A stretch of 64,000 nt of DNA from an uncultured delta proteobacterium (GTDB taxonomy: Bacteria > Desulfobacterota > Binatia > DP-6): positions 64,001 to 128,000 of the forward strand of contig CAWFFN010000007.1 of NCBI GenBank assembly GCA_963815115.1, written 5' to 3'. The first letter of the stretch is position 1, and every line of letters begins with the position of its first letter. Made by a program: the position numbers and the translations under genes. Below, one piece after another: positions 43,336 through 53,396 of the stretch. The notes beneath the pieces were generated by a model. That model was not told where the DNA came from, did not search any database, and was given only the letters and a program-made list of their open reading frames with translations.

Positions 43336-45744
43336 GTGCGCATCCCGCTCAGCTGGCTCGCGGAGGTCGTGTCCTGGGACGAGGGGACCGCCGCGCTCGT
43401 CGATCGCATGACGATGACGGGCCTCAAGGTCGAGGCCGTCGAGGAGGTCGGCGACCTCGACGGCCGCATCCGTGTGGCACGCCTCGAGGCCGTCGAGCCG
43501 CACCCGGAGGCCGACCGCCTGGCGGTCTGCCGGCTCGATGTGGGTGGCGAGCACCTGACGGTCGTCTCGGCCGCGCCCGGATTGCGCCCGGATCGCCGCG
43601 TTGCCGTCGCGCAGGCCGGAGCGAAGCTGCCGGCCGGTCGGGCGGTGGAGGCCGCGGTGCTCCGCGGCGTCACCTCGCAGGGTGTCCTGTGCACGGAGGC
43701 CGACCTCGACCTCGGGGAGGAGACGGGTCGGGTGCTCGAGCTGCCGGGCGCCGCCCCGGGCAGCGCGCTGCGGGACCTCCCGGGGGTGCGGGACACGGTG
43801 GTGGAGCTGGAGATCACCCCGAACCGCGGCGACCTGCTGTCGATCCTGGGCGTGGCGCGCGATCTGGCGGCCGTCCTCGGGGCGCGCGTGCGGGTGCCGC
43901 GCGTGCGGCTGCGCGAGCTGGGACTGCCGGCGGTCGAGCACGTGCGCGTGCAGATCGAGGAGCCGGGGCTGTGTCCCCGGTATGCGGCACGCATCGTGCG
44001 CGGCGTCTCGATCGCCGCGGCCCCGTTCGCCGTGCGCCTGCGGCTGCGGCGCGCGGGCATGCGGCCCATCAACGCCATCGTGGACGCGACCAACTACGTC
44101 ATGCTGGAGCGCGGGCAGCCGCTGCATGCCTTCGACCTGGCGACGGTCGCCGAGGGCACCGTCGTCGTCCGGCGGGCGCGTGCCGGCGAGCGCCTGGTGA
44201 CGCTCGACGGCGTCGAGCGGGCGCTGGTCCCGGACGACCTGGTGATCGCCGACCCGCGCGGGGCGCTGGCGCTCGCGGGCGTCATGGGCGGACGGGCGAG
44301 CGAGGTGACCGACGCGACCCGCGACGTCCTGCTCGAGAGCGCGTTCTTCTCGCCGGCGGCGGTGCGACGGACGAGCCGGCGCCTCGGGCTGCCGTCGCAG
44401 GCCGCCTATCGCTTCGAGCGTCGCGTCGATCCCGACGGCGTGCCGGCGGCGCTCGACGCCGTCGCCGCCATGATGTCCCGGGTGGCGCGCGGCGAGGTCG
44501 CGCCCGGGCGGGTCGAGGAGGCGCCGGGCCTCGCCGCGCTCGCCGCGCGCCCGATTCGCTTCCGGCCCGAGCGCGCTCGGGCGCTGCTCGGGATCGACGT
44601 GTCGCCGTCCGAGATGCGGCGGCGGCTGCGGGCCCTCGGCATGACGTGCAGCCGGGAGGGCGACGCCCTCGTCGTGACCCCGCCGTCGTTCCGCGGCGAC
44701 CTCGCCATCGAGGAGGACCTGGCCGAGGAGGTCGCCCGGATCGGGGGATACGAGGCGATCCCGACGACGCTGCCGTTCGTCCCCGCGTCGGGCGGGGACG
44801 AAGGCGCGCCGCGGCGCATGGCGCGGCACATCCGACGGCTGCTCGTGGCGGAGGGGCTCAGCGAGATGGTGACCCTCTCGCTGACCGATCCCGCGACCAA
44901 TCGCCTGCTTCCCGGATGGGTGGGGGACGGGGTGGCGCCGGTGGTGCTCGCGAACGCGCTCTCCTCCGAGCTGAGCGAGCTGCGCCACTCGCCCCTCGCC
45001 GGGCTGGCGCGGGCGGCGCGACTCAACCGCGCCCACGGCGCCGGCTTCGTCGGGGCCTTCGAGCTGGGCACGGGCTTCGGGCGCGACGGCGAGGGCACCG
45101 TACGCGAGCGGCGCGCCGTCGCCGGGGTGCTGTGCGGCGTCTGGCCCCCGCGGGGCGCGGAGCGTAGCGGGCCCGCCATCGACTTCTTCGACCTGAAGGG
45201 CGTGGTGCAGAACCTCCTCGCCGGCCTGGGGCTGGGGGAGGACGAGGTGCGCTGGCGGCCCGCGGCCGACGTCGCCTTCCTCCATCCCGGCAAGACGGCC
45301 CGGGTGGAGATCGCCGGTCGGACCCTCGGCATCGCCGGAGCGCTGCATCCTGGGGCGGCGCAGGCCCTCGATCTTGCAGGGGAAGTGTGGCTTTTCGAGC
45401 TTGACTTCACGGAGGTAGCCCACTATCGTCCGCGCCGCGTCGCCCTCCGGTCGCTGCCGCGATTTCCCGCGGTCACCCGCGACATCGCCTTGGTGGTCGA
45501 CGAGAGCTTCCTGGCCGAGACGATCCTCGAGGAGATCCGCGCGTTGGCCGATCCGCTGGTTGAATCCGCGAGCCTCTTCGACTGCTACCGGGGGACCCCG
45601 ATTCCCGAGGGGAAGAAGAGCCTGGCGTACACCATCGCCTACCGCGCTGCCGACCGCACGCTGACCGACGACGAGGCGAACGCAGTCCACGACCGTGTGC
45701 GCGCGCATCTGGGCGCGCGGTTCGCCCTCACCCTGCGGAGCTGA
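43336..45744 (+). CDS. pheT: Phenylalanyl-tRNA synthetase beta subunit
   Basis: HPEADRL, ITPNRGD, INAIVDATNYVMLE.GQPLHAFD, RFER, RFPAVTRD, RTLTD. Confidence 0.96.
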   Translation: MRIPLSWLAEVVSWDEGTAALVDRMTMTGLKVEAVEEVGDLDGRIRVARLEAVEPHPEADRLAVCRLDVGGEHLTVVSAAPGLRPDRRVAVAQAGAKLPAGRAVEAAVLRGVTSQGVLCTEADLDLGEETGRVLELPGAAPGSALRDLPGVRDTVVELEITPNRGDLLSILGVARDLAAVLGARVRVPRVRLRELGLPAVEHVRVQIEEPGLCPRYAARIVRGVSIAAAPFAVRLRLRRAGMRPINAIVDATNYVMLERGQPLHAFDLATVAEGTVVVRRARAGERLVTLDGVERALVPDDLVIADPRGALALAGVMGGRASEVTDATRDVLLESAFFSPAAVRRTSRRLGLPSQAAYRFERRVDPDGVPAALDAVAAMMSRVARGEVAPGRVEEAPGLAALAARPIRFRPERARALLGIDVSPSEMRRRLRALGMTCSREGDALVVTPPSFRGDLAIEEDLAEEVARIGGYEAIPTTLPFVPASGGDEGAPRRMARHIRRLLVAEGLSEMVTLSLTDPATNRLLPGWVGDGVAPVVLANALSSELSELRHSPLAGLARAARLNRAHGAGFVGAFELGTGFGRDGEGTVRERRAVAGVLCGVWPPRGAERSGPAIDFFDLKGVVQNLLAGLGLGEDEVRWRPAADVAFLHPGKTARVEIAGRTLGIAGALHPGAAQALDLAGEVWLFELDFTEVAHYRPRRVALRSLPRFPAVTRDIALVVDESFLAETILEEIRALADPLVESASLFDCYRGTPIPEGKKSLAYTIAYRAADRTLTDDEANAVHDRVRAHLGARFALTLRS

Positions 45745-45751
45745 CCCAACC

Positions 45752-46060
45752 ATGACGATGACCAAGGCCGACATCGTCGAGCGGATCTACGAGAAGGTGG
45801 GTTTTTCTAAGAAGGAAGCCACCGAGATCGTGGAGTCCCTCTTCGAGGTCGTGAAACGGCGTCTGGAGGCGGGGGAGAAGGTGAAGGTGTCGGGCTTCGG
45901 GAACTTCGTCGTGAACGAGAAGCGCCCGCGCAAGGGACGCAACCCGCAGACCGGCGAGGAGATCGTCATCACCGGGCGCCGCGTGCTCACCTTCAAGGCG
46001 AGCCAGGTGCTCAAGAAGACGATGAACGGCGACGGGACGGCGGGCTCCGACGGGGCGTGA
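45752..46060 (+). CDS. ihfA: Integration host factor alpha subunit
   Basis: MTKADI, VKVSGFGNF, RKGRNPQTGEE, RRVLTFK. Confidence 0.95.
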   Translation: MTMTKADIVERIYEKVGFSKKEATEIVESLFEVVKRRLEAGEKVKVSGFGNFVVNEKRPRKGRNPQTGEEIVITGRRVLTFKASQVLKKTMNGDGTAGSDGA

Positions 46061-46077
46061 GCGAGCTGCTGCTTCTG

Positions 46078-46440
46078 CTACGGAGCGGTCACCTGAGAGA
46101 TGCAGTTGTTGCTCGCATTCTCCATGCAGAGCGTCAGGCGGCCCTTGCTGGAAGAGAGCCCGAGGGCCCGGCAGTAGGACGGTCCCGGCGTCGTGTCCGT
46201 CGTGAAGTTGGTCAGGCCGGGACCCAGGGTTCCGGTCGATTGCGACACCACGCTGGCGCTGAACGCCCCGACGATCTGCACGGTGACGTCCGCCGGCTTC
46301 GTGCCGACGTTCGTGACGATGCACGTGACCTCGGTAGCGGTTCCCGGAAACAGCGTGGGCGTCACCAGGGGGGCGGCAAGGGCGAGGTCTCCGAGGGTCA
46401 GGACGCCTCCGACGGCCACGAGCATGGCCAGTTTCGACAT
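46078..46440 (-). CDS. Small secreted Cys-containing beta-rich protein
   Basis: SD GGAGGAGG; signal peptide; TCIVTNVG, 4 Cys. Confidence 0.65.
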   Translation of the reverse strand: MSKLAMLVAVGGVLTLGDLALAAPLVTPTLFPGTATEVTCIVTNVGTKPADVTVQIVGAFSASVVSQSTGTLGPGLTNFTTDTTPGPSYCRALGLSSSKGRLTLCMENASNNCISQVTAP

Positions 46441-46598
46441 GCGCACCTCCTCCGAGCCGAGCTCGGCCCGTTCGTTCGGATCCGTGAAGCGTCCCCCCGA
46501 TGTCCGGAGGGTGTCAAGCCAGGTCTCCTTGAGGAGGATCACCGGAACGCGCATCCTGGCCGACGCCGTCGCACGCCGACGGACATCGAGGACCACGG

Positions 46599-47486
46599 GT
46601 GACGACTCTCGATTGGTATGGCTGCGCGACCTTCCGCCTGCGCACCGCCGGACGCACGATATTCCTCGATGCATACATCGACCGCGTCGCCGGCGCTGCC
46701 GGCACGGGGCTCACCGCCGACGCCATCGATGCGTGCGATTGGATCCTCGTCGGGCATTCCCATTTCGATCACCTCTGGGGCGCCGAACGCATCATGCGCA
46801 ACACGCACGCCCGGCTCGCCGGCAGCTACGAGACGATCCGCGTCATGGAGGCAGCGGGGGTGCCCTTCGATCGGATGACGCCGGTCGCCGGCGGCGAGAC
46901 GGTCGACCTCGGCGGCGGCGTGCGGGTGTCGGTATACCCCAGTCAGCACTCGTGCGTCTGGTCACACGGGCAGATGGCGCAGGCCGACCAGGTCTGCATC
47001 GGAGACCTCGGCGTCACGCTGCAGGAGCAGCAACGCCGCTTCGGTGAGCTCGTGTCGCACTTGACCAACCTCGGGAGGACGACGCTCGACCACCTGGTCG
47101 CGAGCAATCAGGGGGCGCGTGGTGACGGCGGCGCGCTCGTCTATCTCCTCGAGACGCCGGATGGCAGCATCCTCTATCAGGACACGTCGGGCCACTGGAG
47201 CGGAGTCCTTCGCGACCTGCGCCCGGACGTGGCGATCCTGGCAGCCGCGGGACGCGGAAACATCGACGGGCAACCCATCCAGGGGAGCCTCGCGCAGTTC
47301 GTCGCCCGCCAGGTCGACCTGGTACGCCCGCGGCGCGTGGTGCTCTGCCACCACGACGACTGGCTTCCGGGCTTTTCGGTCGCGACGGACGTCGCGCCGA
47401 TCCGGCGAGAAATGGAGAGGGTGGCGCCGCGCACGGCGCTGGTCGAGGTCGGATACGTCGCCGCAGCGCCGATCCTGGCGCTGTGA
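46599..47486 (+). CDS. MBL-fold metallo-hydrolase
   Basis: WYGCATF, GHSHFDH, SQHS, DTSG, HHD. Confidence 0.88.
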   Translation: MTTLDWYGCATFRLRTAGRTIFLDAYIDRVAGAAGTGLTADAIDACDWILVGHSHFDHLWGAERIMRNTHARLAGSYETIRVMEAAGVPFDRMTPVAGGETVDLGGGVRVSVYPSQHSCVWSHGQMAQADQVCIGDLGVTLQEQQRRFGELVSHLTNLGRTTLDHLVASNQGARGDGGALVYLLETPDGSILYQDTSGHWSGVLRDLRPDVAILAAAGRGNIDGQPIQGSLAQFVARQVDLVRPRRVVLCHHDDWLPGFSVATDVAPIRREMERVAPRTALVEVGYVAAAPILAL

Positions 47487-47588
47487 CGAGGGACCTCCGA
47501 CTGCCAGGGCGGACCCATCTCCAGCCGACGCGCATGTGCGGATCCGTACCGAGGCCGCATTGACGCTGGCCGTGCCCGTCGGCTAGCG

Positions 47589-48338
47589 GTGCGCCGCATG
47601 GGGCTTTCCCTTCGCGGCATCAGGTCGTCGCCTGCCCTCAACGCCGTGGGACTTCTCGCGGTCGGGCTGTTCGTCCTGGGACCGCTGCTCGCCAAGCTGC
47701 ACATCGCACCCGCCCTGGGCGGCTTCGTCCTCTTCGCGCTCGGCGGCCTGCTGGCGCTGGTGGTGGCAATCATGGGCGTCGTCGGCGCGCTGCGCGGACG
47801 CGGCTTCGGCCGCGGCGGGGTGCTGGCGGCCACGGTCGCGGCGCTCGTGTTTCTCTGGCTGGCGATCGTGCAGGGGGGCTCGGCGCCGCTGATCAACGAC
47901 TACACGACCGACCCGGCCGACCCGCCGGCCTTCAAGCAGGATGCGAGCCTGCCGGCCAACGTCGGGAGGGACATGGGCTACCCGCAGGCGTTCGCCGAGG
48001 TGCAGCGCGGCTGCTGCGCCGATCTCGCCCCGCAGCGCCTCGCGCTCGATCCGGCCGCCGCCTTCGCCGTGGTCGACAGCGTGGCGACCGCCATGCCCCA
48101 CTGGACGGTCACGCGTCGCGACCCGCAGGCCGGCGAGCTGGAGGCCGTGGTCACGAGCGCCATCTTCGGCTTCGAGGACGACGTCGTGATCCGCGTGCGG
48201 CCGCATCCCACCGGCGCCAGCATCGTCGACATGCGGTCCAAGTCGCGCAACGGCAAGGGCGATCGCGGGGTCAACGCCGCCCGCATCCGCACCTTCCAGG
48301 GCGCGCTGGCCGGACGGGCAGGTGCCGGGACGCGGTGA
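47589..48338 (+). CDS. DUF1499 domain membrane protein
   Basis: 3 TMs, PLINDYTTD..PP.F, FGFEDDVVIRV, DMRSKSRNGKGDRGVNAARI. Confidence 0.85.
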   Translation: MRRMGLSLRGIRSSPALNAVGLLAVGLFVLGPLLAKLHIAPALGGFVLFALGGLLALVVAIMGVVGALRGRGFGRGGVLAATVAALVFLWLAIVQGGSAPLINDYTTDPADPPAFKQDASLPANVGRDMGYPQAFAEVQRGCCADLAPQRLALDPAAAFAVVDSVATAMPHWTVTRRDPQAGELEAVVTSAIFGFEDDVVIRVRPHPTGASIVDMRSKSRNGKGDRGVNAARIRTFQGALAGRAGAGTR

Positions 48339-48456
48339 GACGCGTCCTCCTCGGTGTCCTCGCCCTGCGCGCCGTCGTGGCGCTGGTACACCGGACGACA
48401 CGCGACCGCCGCCGCCTTGACCCCCGGGCGCGGAGCCCCTAAGACTCGCTCGACGC

Positions 48457-48530
48457 CGGGGCGTGGCGCAGCCAGGTAGCGCACTCGCTTGGGGTGCGAG
48501 TGGTCGGCCGTTCAAATCGGCTCGCCCCGA
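48457..48530 (+). tRNA. tRNA-Pro (GGG), CCA not encoded
   Basis: CGGGGCG/CGCCCCG acceptor, CTCGC-TTGGGGT-GCGAG anticodon arm, GTTCAAATC T-loop; TTGACC-N17-TAAGAC upstream. Confidence 0.96.
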
Positions 48531-48601
48531 CTCAGCGTGCAGCCGAGGCGGCGTCGTGTGCTTGCAGCGTCGCCGCCTTGGTGGCACGCTCCTCGCGCTC
48601 G

Positions 48602-49366
48602 ATGCCGCCCGCGCCGCTCATCCTGGTCTCCAACGACGATGGCATCCACTCGGACGGGTTGCGGGCCCTCGCGGACGCCGTCGCCGCGCACGGTCGCGTC
48701 GTGGTGGTCGCGCCCGACCGCGAGCAGAGCGCCGTCAGCCACGCGCTCACCCTGCACCGGCCGCTGCGCATCGACGAGGTCGACCCCGGCCGCTACACCG
48801 TCGACGGCACGCCCACCGATTGCGTCAACCTCGCCATCAACGGGATCCTCAGCGAGCGGCCCGCGCTGGTGATCTCGGGCATCAACAAGGGCGCGAACCT
48901 GGGTGACGACGTCACCTACTCCGGCACCGTGAGCGCCGCGATGGAGGGAACACTGCTCGGCGTGCCCTCGATCGCCGTGTCGCAGATCGGCCGCGGGCCG
49001 TACGACTTCGCGATCGCGGCCGCCTTCACGGCGGAGCTGGTGGCGCGCGTGCTGGCGGCGCCGCTGCCGGCGGATACGCTGCTCAACGTGAACGTGCCCC
49101 AGTTCCGGGACGGCGAGCGCCCGCGCGGCGTCGAGCTCACGCGCATGGGCAAGCGTCGCTACGGCGACGCGATCATCGAGAAGGTCGATCCGAGAGGACG
49201 GAAGTACTACTGGATCGGCGGCGAGGAGCTGTCGTTCATCGAGGAGGAGGGCACGGACTTCGACGCCGTCAGCCGGGGACGTATCTCGCTGACGCCCATC
49301 CACCTCGACCTCACCAACTACGCGTCCTTCGACGCGCTGCGCCCGCTGGTGGGCTCGTGGTCGTAG
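48602..49366 (+). CDS. surE: 5'/3'-nucleotidase SurE
   Basis: ILVSNDDG, APDREQSAVSH, GTPTDCV, SGINKGANLG, YSGTV. Confidence 0.96.
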   Translation: MPPAPLILVSNDDGIHSDGLRALADAVAAHGRVVVVAPDREQSAVSHALTLHRPLRIDEVDPGRYTVDGTPTDCVNLAINGILSERPALVISGINKGANLGDDVTYSGTVSAAMEGTLLGVPSIAVSQIGRGPYDFAIAAAFTAELVARVLAAPLPADTLLNVNVPQFRDGERPRGVELTRMGKRRYGDAIIEKVDPRGRKYYWIGGEELSFIEEEGTDFDAVSRGRISLTPIHLDLTNYASFDALRPLVGSWS

Positions 49367-49383
49367 CGCAGAGGTCGGGCCGC

Positions 49384-50034
49384 ATGGCCTTCGAGCGCGC
49401 GCGTGAGGACATGGTGAGCCGGCAGCTCGCAGCGCGCGGCATCCGGGATGCGCGCGTGCTGGACGCCATGCGGCGCGTTCCGCGCGACCGCTTCGTCGCG
49501 GCCGAGCTGGCCGAGCACGCCCACGACGACACGCCGCTCCCGATCGGCGAGCGCCAGACCATCTCGCAGCCCTACATGGTCGCGCTGATGAGCGAAGCGC
49601 TCGACCTGCGCGGCGCGGAGCCGCGCGTCCTGGAGGTGGGGACCGGCTCCGGCTACCAGGCGGCGGTGCTCGCGGCCATGGGCGCTCGCGTGTTCACCAT
49701 CGAACGTCTGCCGGCGCTGGCGGCGCGTGCCCGCGCGGTGCTCGCCGAGATCGGCCTCGACGAACGCGTGCGCGTGCTCGACGGCGACGGCACGCTCGGC
49801 TGGCCGGACGAGGCACCCTACGACGGCATCGTGATCACCGCCGGCGCGCCGCAGGTTCCGCGGCCGCTGCTCGCGCAGCTCACGCTCGGCGGCACCCTCG
49901 TCCTGCCGATAGGCGAGCAGGACGTGCAGACCCTGGTGCGGTTGCGCCGCGCCCCGCAGGGGCTCGTCGAGGACTACCTCGGCGAGTGCCGCTTCGTGAA
50001 GCTGCGCGGCGCATACGGCTGGAACGAGCCCTGA
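49384..50034 (+). CDS. pcm: Protein-L-isoaspartate O-methyltransferase
   Basis: [38 protein letters not shown]. Confidence 0.95.
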   Translation: MAFERAREDMVSRQLAARGIRDARVLDAMRRVPRDRFVAAELAEHAHDDTPLPIGERQTISQPYMVALMSEALDLRGAEPRVLEVGTGSGYQAAVLAAMGARVFTIERLPALAARARAVLAEIGLDERVRVLDGDGTLGWPDEAPYDGIVITAGAPQVPRPLLAQLTLGGTLVLPIGEQDVQTLVRLRRAPQGLVEDYLGECRFVKLRGAYGWNEP

Positions 50035-50059
50035 CCCCCAGATGCAGGAACCGGAGGCC

Positions 50060-50572
50060 ATGAGCGAACTGAAGCGGCACATCCGCGACATCCCCGACTT
50101 CCCCAAGCCTGGTATCCTCTTCAAGGACATCACGCCGCTCCTCGCGGACGCGGGTGCCTTCCGGGCCGCCATCGACGCCCTGATCGAACCCTTCCGGGGG
50201 CGCGTCGATCTGGTGCTCGGTATCGAGTCGCGCGGCTTCATCGTCGGCGCGGCCGCGGCGTACGCGCTCGCTACCGGCATCGCGGTGGTGCGCAAGCCGG
50301 GCAAGCTGCCCTATCGCACCCATCGGGCGAGCTACGCGCTGGAGTACGGCACCGACAGCCTCGAGATCCACCACGATGCGCTCGACCACGAGACCCGGGT
50401 GCTGCTGGTCGACGACCTGCTCGCCACCGGCGGGACGGCGAGCGCCGCCGTCGACCTGGTGCGGCAGTGCGGGGGCGGCGTGGTGGGCTGTGCCTTCCTG
50501 ATCGAGCTGACGGCCCTGGGCGGCCGGGCGCGACTCGCCGGGCACGAGGTCCACGCGCTGATGTCCTATTGA
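50060..50572 (+). CDS. apt: Adenine phosphoribosyltransferase
   Basis: [41 protein letters not shown]. Confidence 0.96.
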   Translation: MSELKRHIRDIPDFPKPGILFKDITPLLADAGAFRAAIDALIEPFRGRVDLVLGIESRGFIVGAAAAYALATGIAVVRKPGKLPYRTHRASYALEYGTDSLEIHHDALDHETRVLLVDDLLATGGTASAAVDLVRQCGGGVVGCAFLIELTALGGRARLAGHEVHALMSY

Positions 50573-50584
50573 GCGCGGGGGACC

Positions 50585-51490
50585 ATGAGCGACCGGGAGC
50601 ACGCGCGCGAGATGGGGGCGGTGCGCACCGGCCTGGCCGCGAGCTCGGTGCTCTGCCTCGTGGAGCTCGCCGGCGGCTGGTTCAGCAACAGTCTGGCGCT
50701 GCTCACCGATGCCGCGCACATGCTCACCGACGTCGCCGCGCTCGCGCTGACCCTCTTCGCGCTCTGGATCGCCGGCCGGCCCGCCAGCGAGCGCAAGACG
50801 TTCGGCTACTACCGCGCCGAGATCCTGGCCGCGCTCGTGAACGGGGTCGTGCTGTGCGTGCTGGTGCTCGGCATCATCCTCGAGGCATGGCAGCGCCTGC
50901 AACGGCCTCCCGCCGTGCGGGCCGGCATGATGCTCGTGTTCGCCGTCGGCGGCCTGCTGGTGAATCTCTTCGTGGCGCACGGCCTGCGCGTGCACCAGGA
51001 ACGCAGCCTCAACCTGCGCGGCGCGTACCTGCACGTCGTCTCCGACCTGCTCGGGTCGCTCGGCGCGATCCTCGCGGGCGCCGTCATCCTGACCTTCGGC
51101 TGGAACGCGATCGACCCGCTCGTCAGCCTGCTGATCGCGGGGCTCATCCTCTTCTCGTCGTGGAAGCTCGTGCGCGAGGCGGTAGACGTGCTCATGGAAG
51201 CCGTGCCGTCCCACGTCGACGTCGACCGGCTCGAGCGCGCGCTGGCGGCAGTACCGGGAGTCGAGGAGGTCCACGACCTGCACGTCTGGACCCTCACCAC
51301 CGGGCGCCACGCCCTCTCGGCGCACGTGGTCGCGAGTGGGCCGGTGTCCGACGACACGCTGCTCGCCGCCGTGAGCGACGTGTGCCGGTGCGACTTCCAG
51401 GTGGAGCACACGACCATCCAGGTCGAGCACGAGAACCAGCGGCTGCGCGAGCCGGCGGCGTGCGCCGATCGGCAGCCGCGAGCGGGATGA
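50585..51490 (+). CDS. Cation diffusion facilitator (CzcD/ZitB-like)
   Basis: SLALLTDAAHMLTD, TFGYYRAEIL, NLRGAYLHV..DLLGS, HDLHVW, HTTIQ. Confidence 0.92.
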   Translation: MSDREHAREMGAVRTGLAASSVLCLVELAGGWFSNSLALLTDAAHMLTDVAALALTLFALWIAGRPASERKTFGYYRAEILAALVNGVVLCVLVLGIILEAWQRLQRPPAVRAGMMLVFAVGGLLVNLFVAHGLRVHQERSLNLRGAYLHVVSDLLGSLGAILAGAVILTFGWNAIDPLVSLLIAGLILFSSWKLVREAVDVLMEAVPSHVDVDRLERALAAVPGVEEVHDLHVWTLTTGRHALSAHVVASGPVSDDTLLAAVSDVCRCDFQVEHTTIQVEHENQRLREPAACADRQPRAG

Positions 51491-51546
51491 GGGCCGGGCG
51501 CCTTCCTGCTATCGATGGTCGTGTGCTGCATGCCGGAGACGCCGCC

Positions 51547-51960
51547 GTGTCGGTGCGCGAGTTCGCGCACACGGCCGACGTCGGATTCGAGGTCGAGGCG
51601 CCCACCATGGAGGCGCTCTTCGAGGGGGCGGCGCTCGGCCTCTCGGCGGCCATCGCGGACCTCGACGGCGTCGCGGCCCGCGAGCGCCGCACGGTGACCG
51701 TGTCGGCGGTGGACCGCACGGCCCTGCTGCACGACTTCCTGCACGCCATCCTCCTGCTCGCCCAGGTCGATGGCTTCCTGGTCTCGGGGATCGAGGTGGT
51801 GGCGATCGACGGCGAGGCGGTGCGCGCCGTCGTCGCCGGCGAGCCCGTCGATCCCGCCCGCCACCGCCTGCACGGCGAGGTGAAAGCCGTCACCTGGCAC
51901 GGCCTCGCGGTCGAGCAAACCGCCAGCGGCTGGCACGCGCGCATTCTCCTCGACGTATGA
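51547..51960 (+). CDS. Archease
   Basis: HTADVG N-terminal motif, EVKAVTWHGL, C-terminal LDV; stop overlaps the rtcB start. Confidence 0.9.
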   Translation: MSVREFAHTADVGFEVEAPTMEALFEGAALGLSAAIADLDGVAARERRTVTVSAVDRTALLHDFLHAILLLAQVDGFLVSGIEVVAIDGEAVRAVVAGEPVDPARHRLHGEVKAVTWHGLAVEQTASGWHARILLDV

Positions 51961-53396
51961 TGGAGCTGCGGCGCGTCGCCGAGGTGGTCTGGGAGATTCC
52001 GCGGCACGGTGGCATGCGTGTCCCGGCGCGCGTCTACGCCAGCGAGGCGCAGATGGCGACCTTGCGCGACGACCCGGCGCTCGCGCAGCTCGTCAACGTC
52101 GCGCACCTGCCCGGCATTGTCGGGCACGCGCTCGCGATGCCCGACGTGCACTGGGGCTACGGCTTTCCCATCGGCGGGGTCGCGGCCGTGGACGCCGAGG
52201 AAGGCGTCGTCACGCCCGGCGGCATCGGCTTCGACATCAACTGCGGCGTTCGCCTCCTGGCGACGCGCGTCGCCGCCGCAGACATCGGGCCCGTTCGTGA
52301 CCGCCTCGCCGATCGGCTGTTCGCCTCGGTGCCCTCGGGCGTCGGGAGCGCGGGCGCGGTACGGACGCTGTCGGCGCGCGACACCCGGCGCGTGCTCGAG
52401 CGCGGGGCCGCCTGGGCGGTCGAGGAAGGGTTCGGGCGAGCGAGCGACCTCGAGCACTGCGAGGAGGAAGGCCGGCTGCGAGGAGCGGATCCCGAAGCCG
52501 TGTCCGAGACGGCACGGACGCGGGGGCGCACGCAGATGGGCAGCCTTGGTTCGGGAAACCACTTCCTCGAGGTGCAGCGGGTGGAACGCGTCCACGACGC
52601 GTCCGCGGCGGCGGCGCTCGGGCTGGAGGAAGGGCAGGCGGCCGTGATGATCCACTCCGGATCGCGCGGCCTCGGCTACCAGGTGTGCGACGACGCGCTC
52701 CGCACGATGGGGACGGCGATGCAGCGCCACGGCATCGCGGTGCCCGATCGTCAGCTCGCCTGCGTGCCGCTGCGCTCGGCCGAGGGCCGGACCTATCTCG
52801 GCGCCATGGCGGCAGCAGCCAACTTCGCGTGGGCGAACCGCCAGGTGATGGCGGGACTGGCCGAGCGCACCTTCGCCGAGGTGCTGGGCGCCGGCCCGGC
52901 GACCCTCGGCTTCCGCCTCGTGTACGACGTCTGCCACAACGTGGCCAAGCTCGAGGAGCACGTCGTGGACGGGCGGCTCCGTCGCCTCTGCGTGCATCGC
53001 AAGGGGGCGACGCGCGCGTTCGCGCCCGGCCATCCGGCCCTTCCGCCGGCGCTGCGCCACCTCGGGCAGCCCGTGATCATCCCCGGGGACATGGGACGCT
53101 ACTCCTTCCTCCTGGTCGGGGCCGCGGGCGCGATGGCCGAGACCTTCGGGACGACCTGCCACGGGGCGGGTCGCGTGATGAGCCGGGCGCAAGCCAAGAA
53201 GGCGGGGCGGGGCGTCGATCTGGTGGCGGCCCTGGCGGACCGCGGGGTGACGGTGCGCGCGCGCGCCCTGGCGGGCGTCGCCGAGGAGATGCCGTGGGCC
53301 TACAAGGACGCGGCCGAGGTGGTCGACGTCGTCGTGCGCGCGGGATTGGCCCGGCTGGTGGCGCGGCTGGTCCCGTTGATCGTCATCAAGGGATGA
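51957..53396 (+). CDS. rtcB: RNA ligase RtcB (archaeal-type, 479 aa)
   Basis: MPDVHWGYGFPIG, GFDINCGVR, GSLGSGNHF, HSGSRG, HRKGAT, PGDMG, CHGAGR, AYKD. Confidence 0.95.
   Translation: MMELRRVAEVVWEIPRHGGMRVPARVYASEAQMATLRDDPALAQLVNVAHLPGIVGHALAMPDVHWGYGFPIGGVAAVDAEEGVVTPGGIGFDINCGVRLLATRVAAADIGPVRDRLADRLFASVPSGVGSAGAVRTLSARDTRRVLERGAAWAVEEGFGRASDLEHCEEEGRLRGADPEAVSETARTRGRTQMGSLGSGNHFLEVQRVERVHDASAAAALGLEEGQAAVMIHSGSRGLGYQVCDDALRTMGTAMQRHGIAVPDRQLACVPLRSAEGRTYLGAMAAAANFAWANRQVMAGLAERTFAEVLGAGPATLGFRLVYDVCHNVAKLEEHVVDGRLRRLCVHRKGATRAFAPGHPALPPALRHLGQPVIIPGDMGRYSFLLVGAAGAMAETFGTTCHGAGRVMSRAQAKKAGRGVDLVAALADRGVTVRARALAGVAEEMPWAYKDAAEVVDVVVRAGLARLVARLVPLIVIKG

Noticed and set aside
41476-45774. 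1432-aa minus-strand ORF
   Set aside because: Antisense to infC-rpmI-rplT-pheS-pheT; shadow ORF
39085-48530. tRNA-Val or tRNA-Pro as island attachment sites
   Set aside because: No duplicated tRNA 3' end or integrase seen in the window
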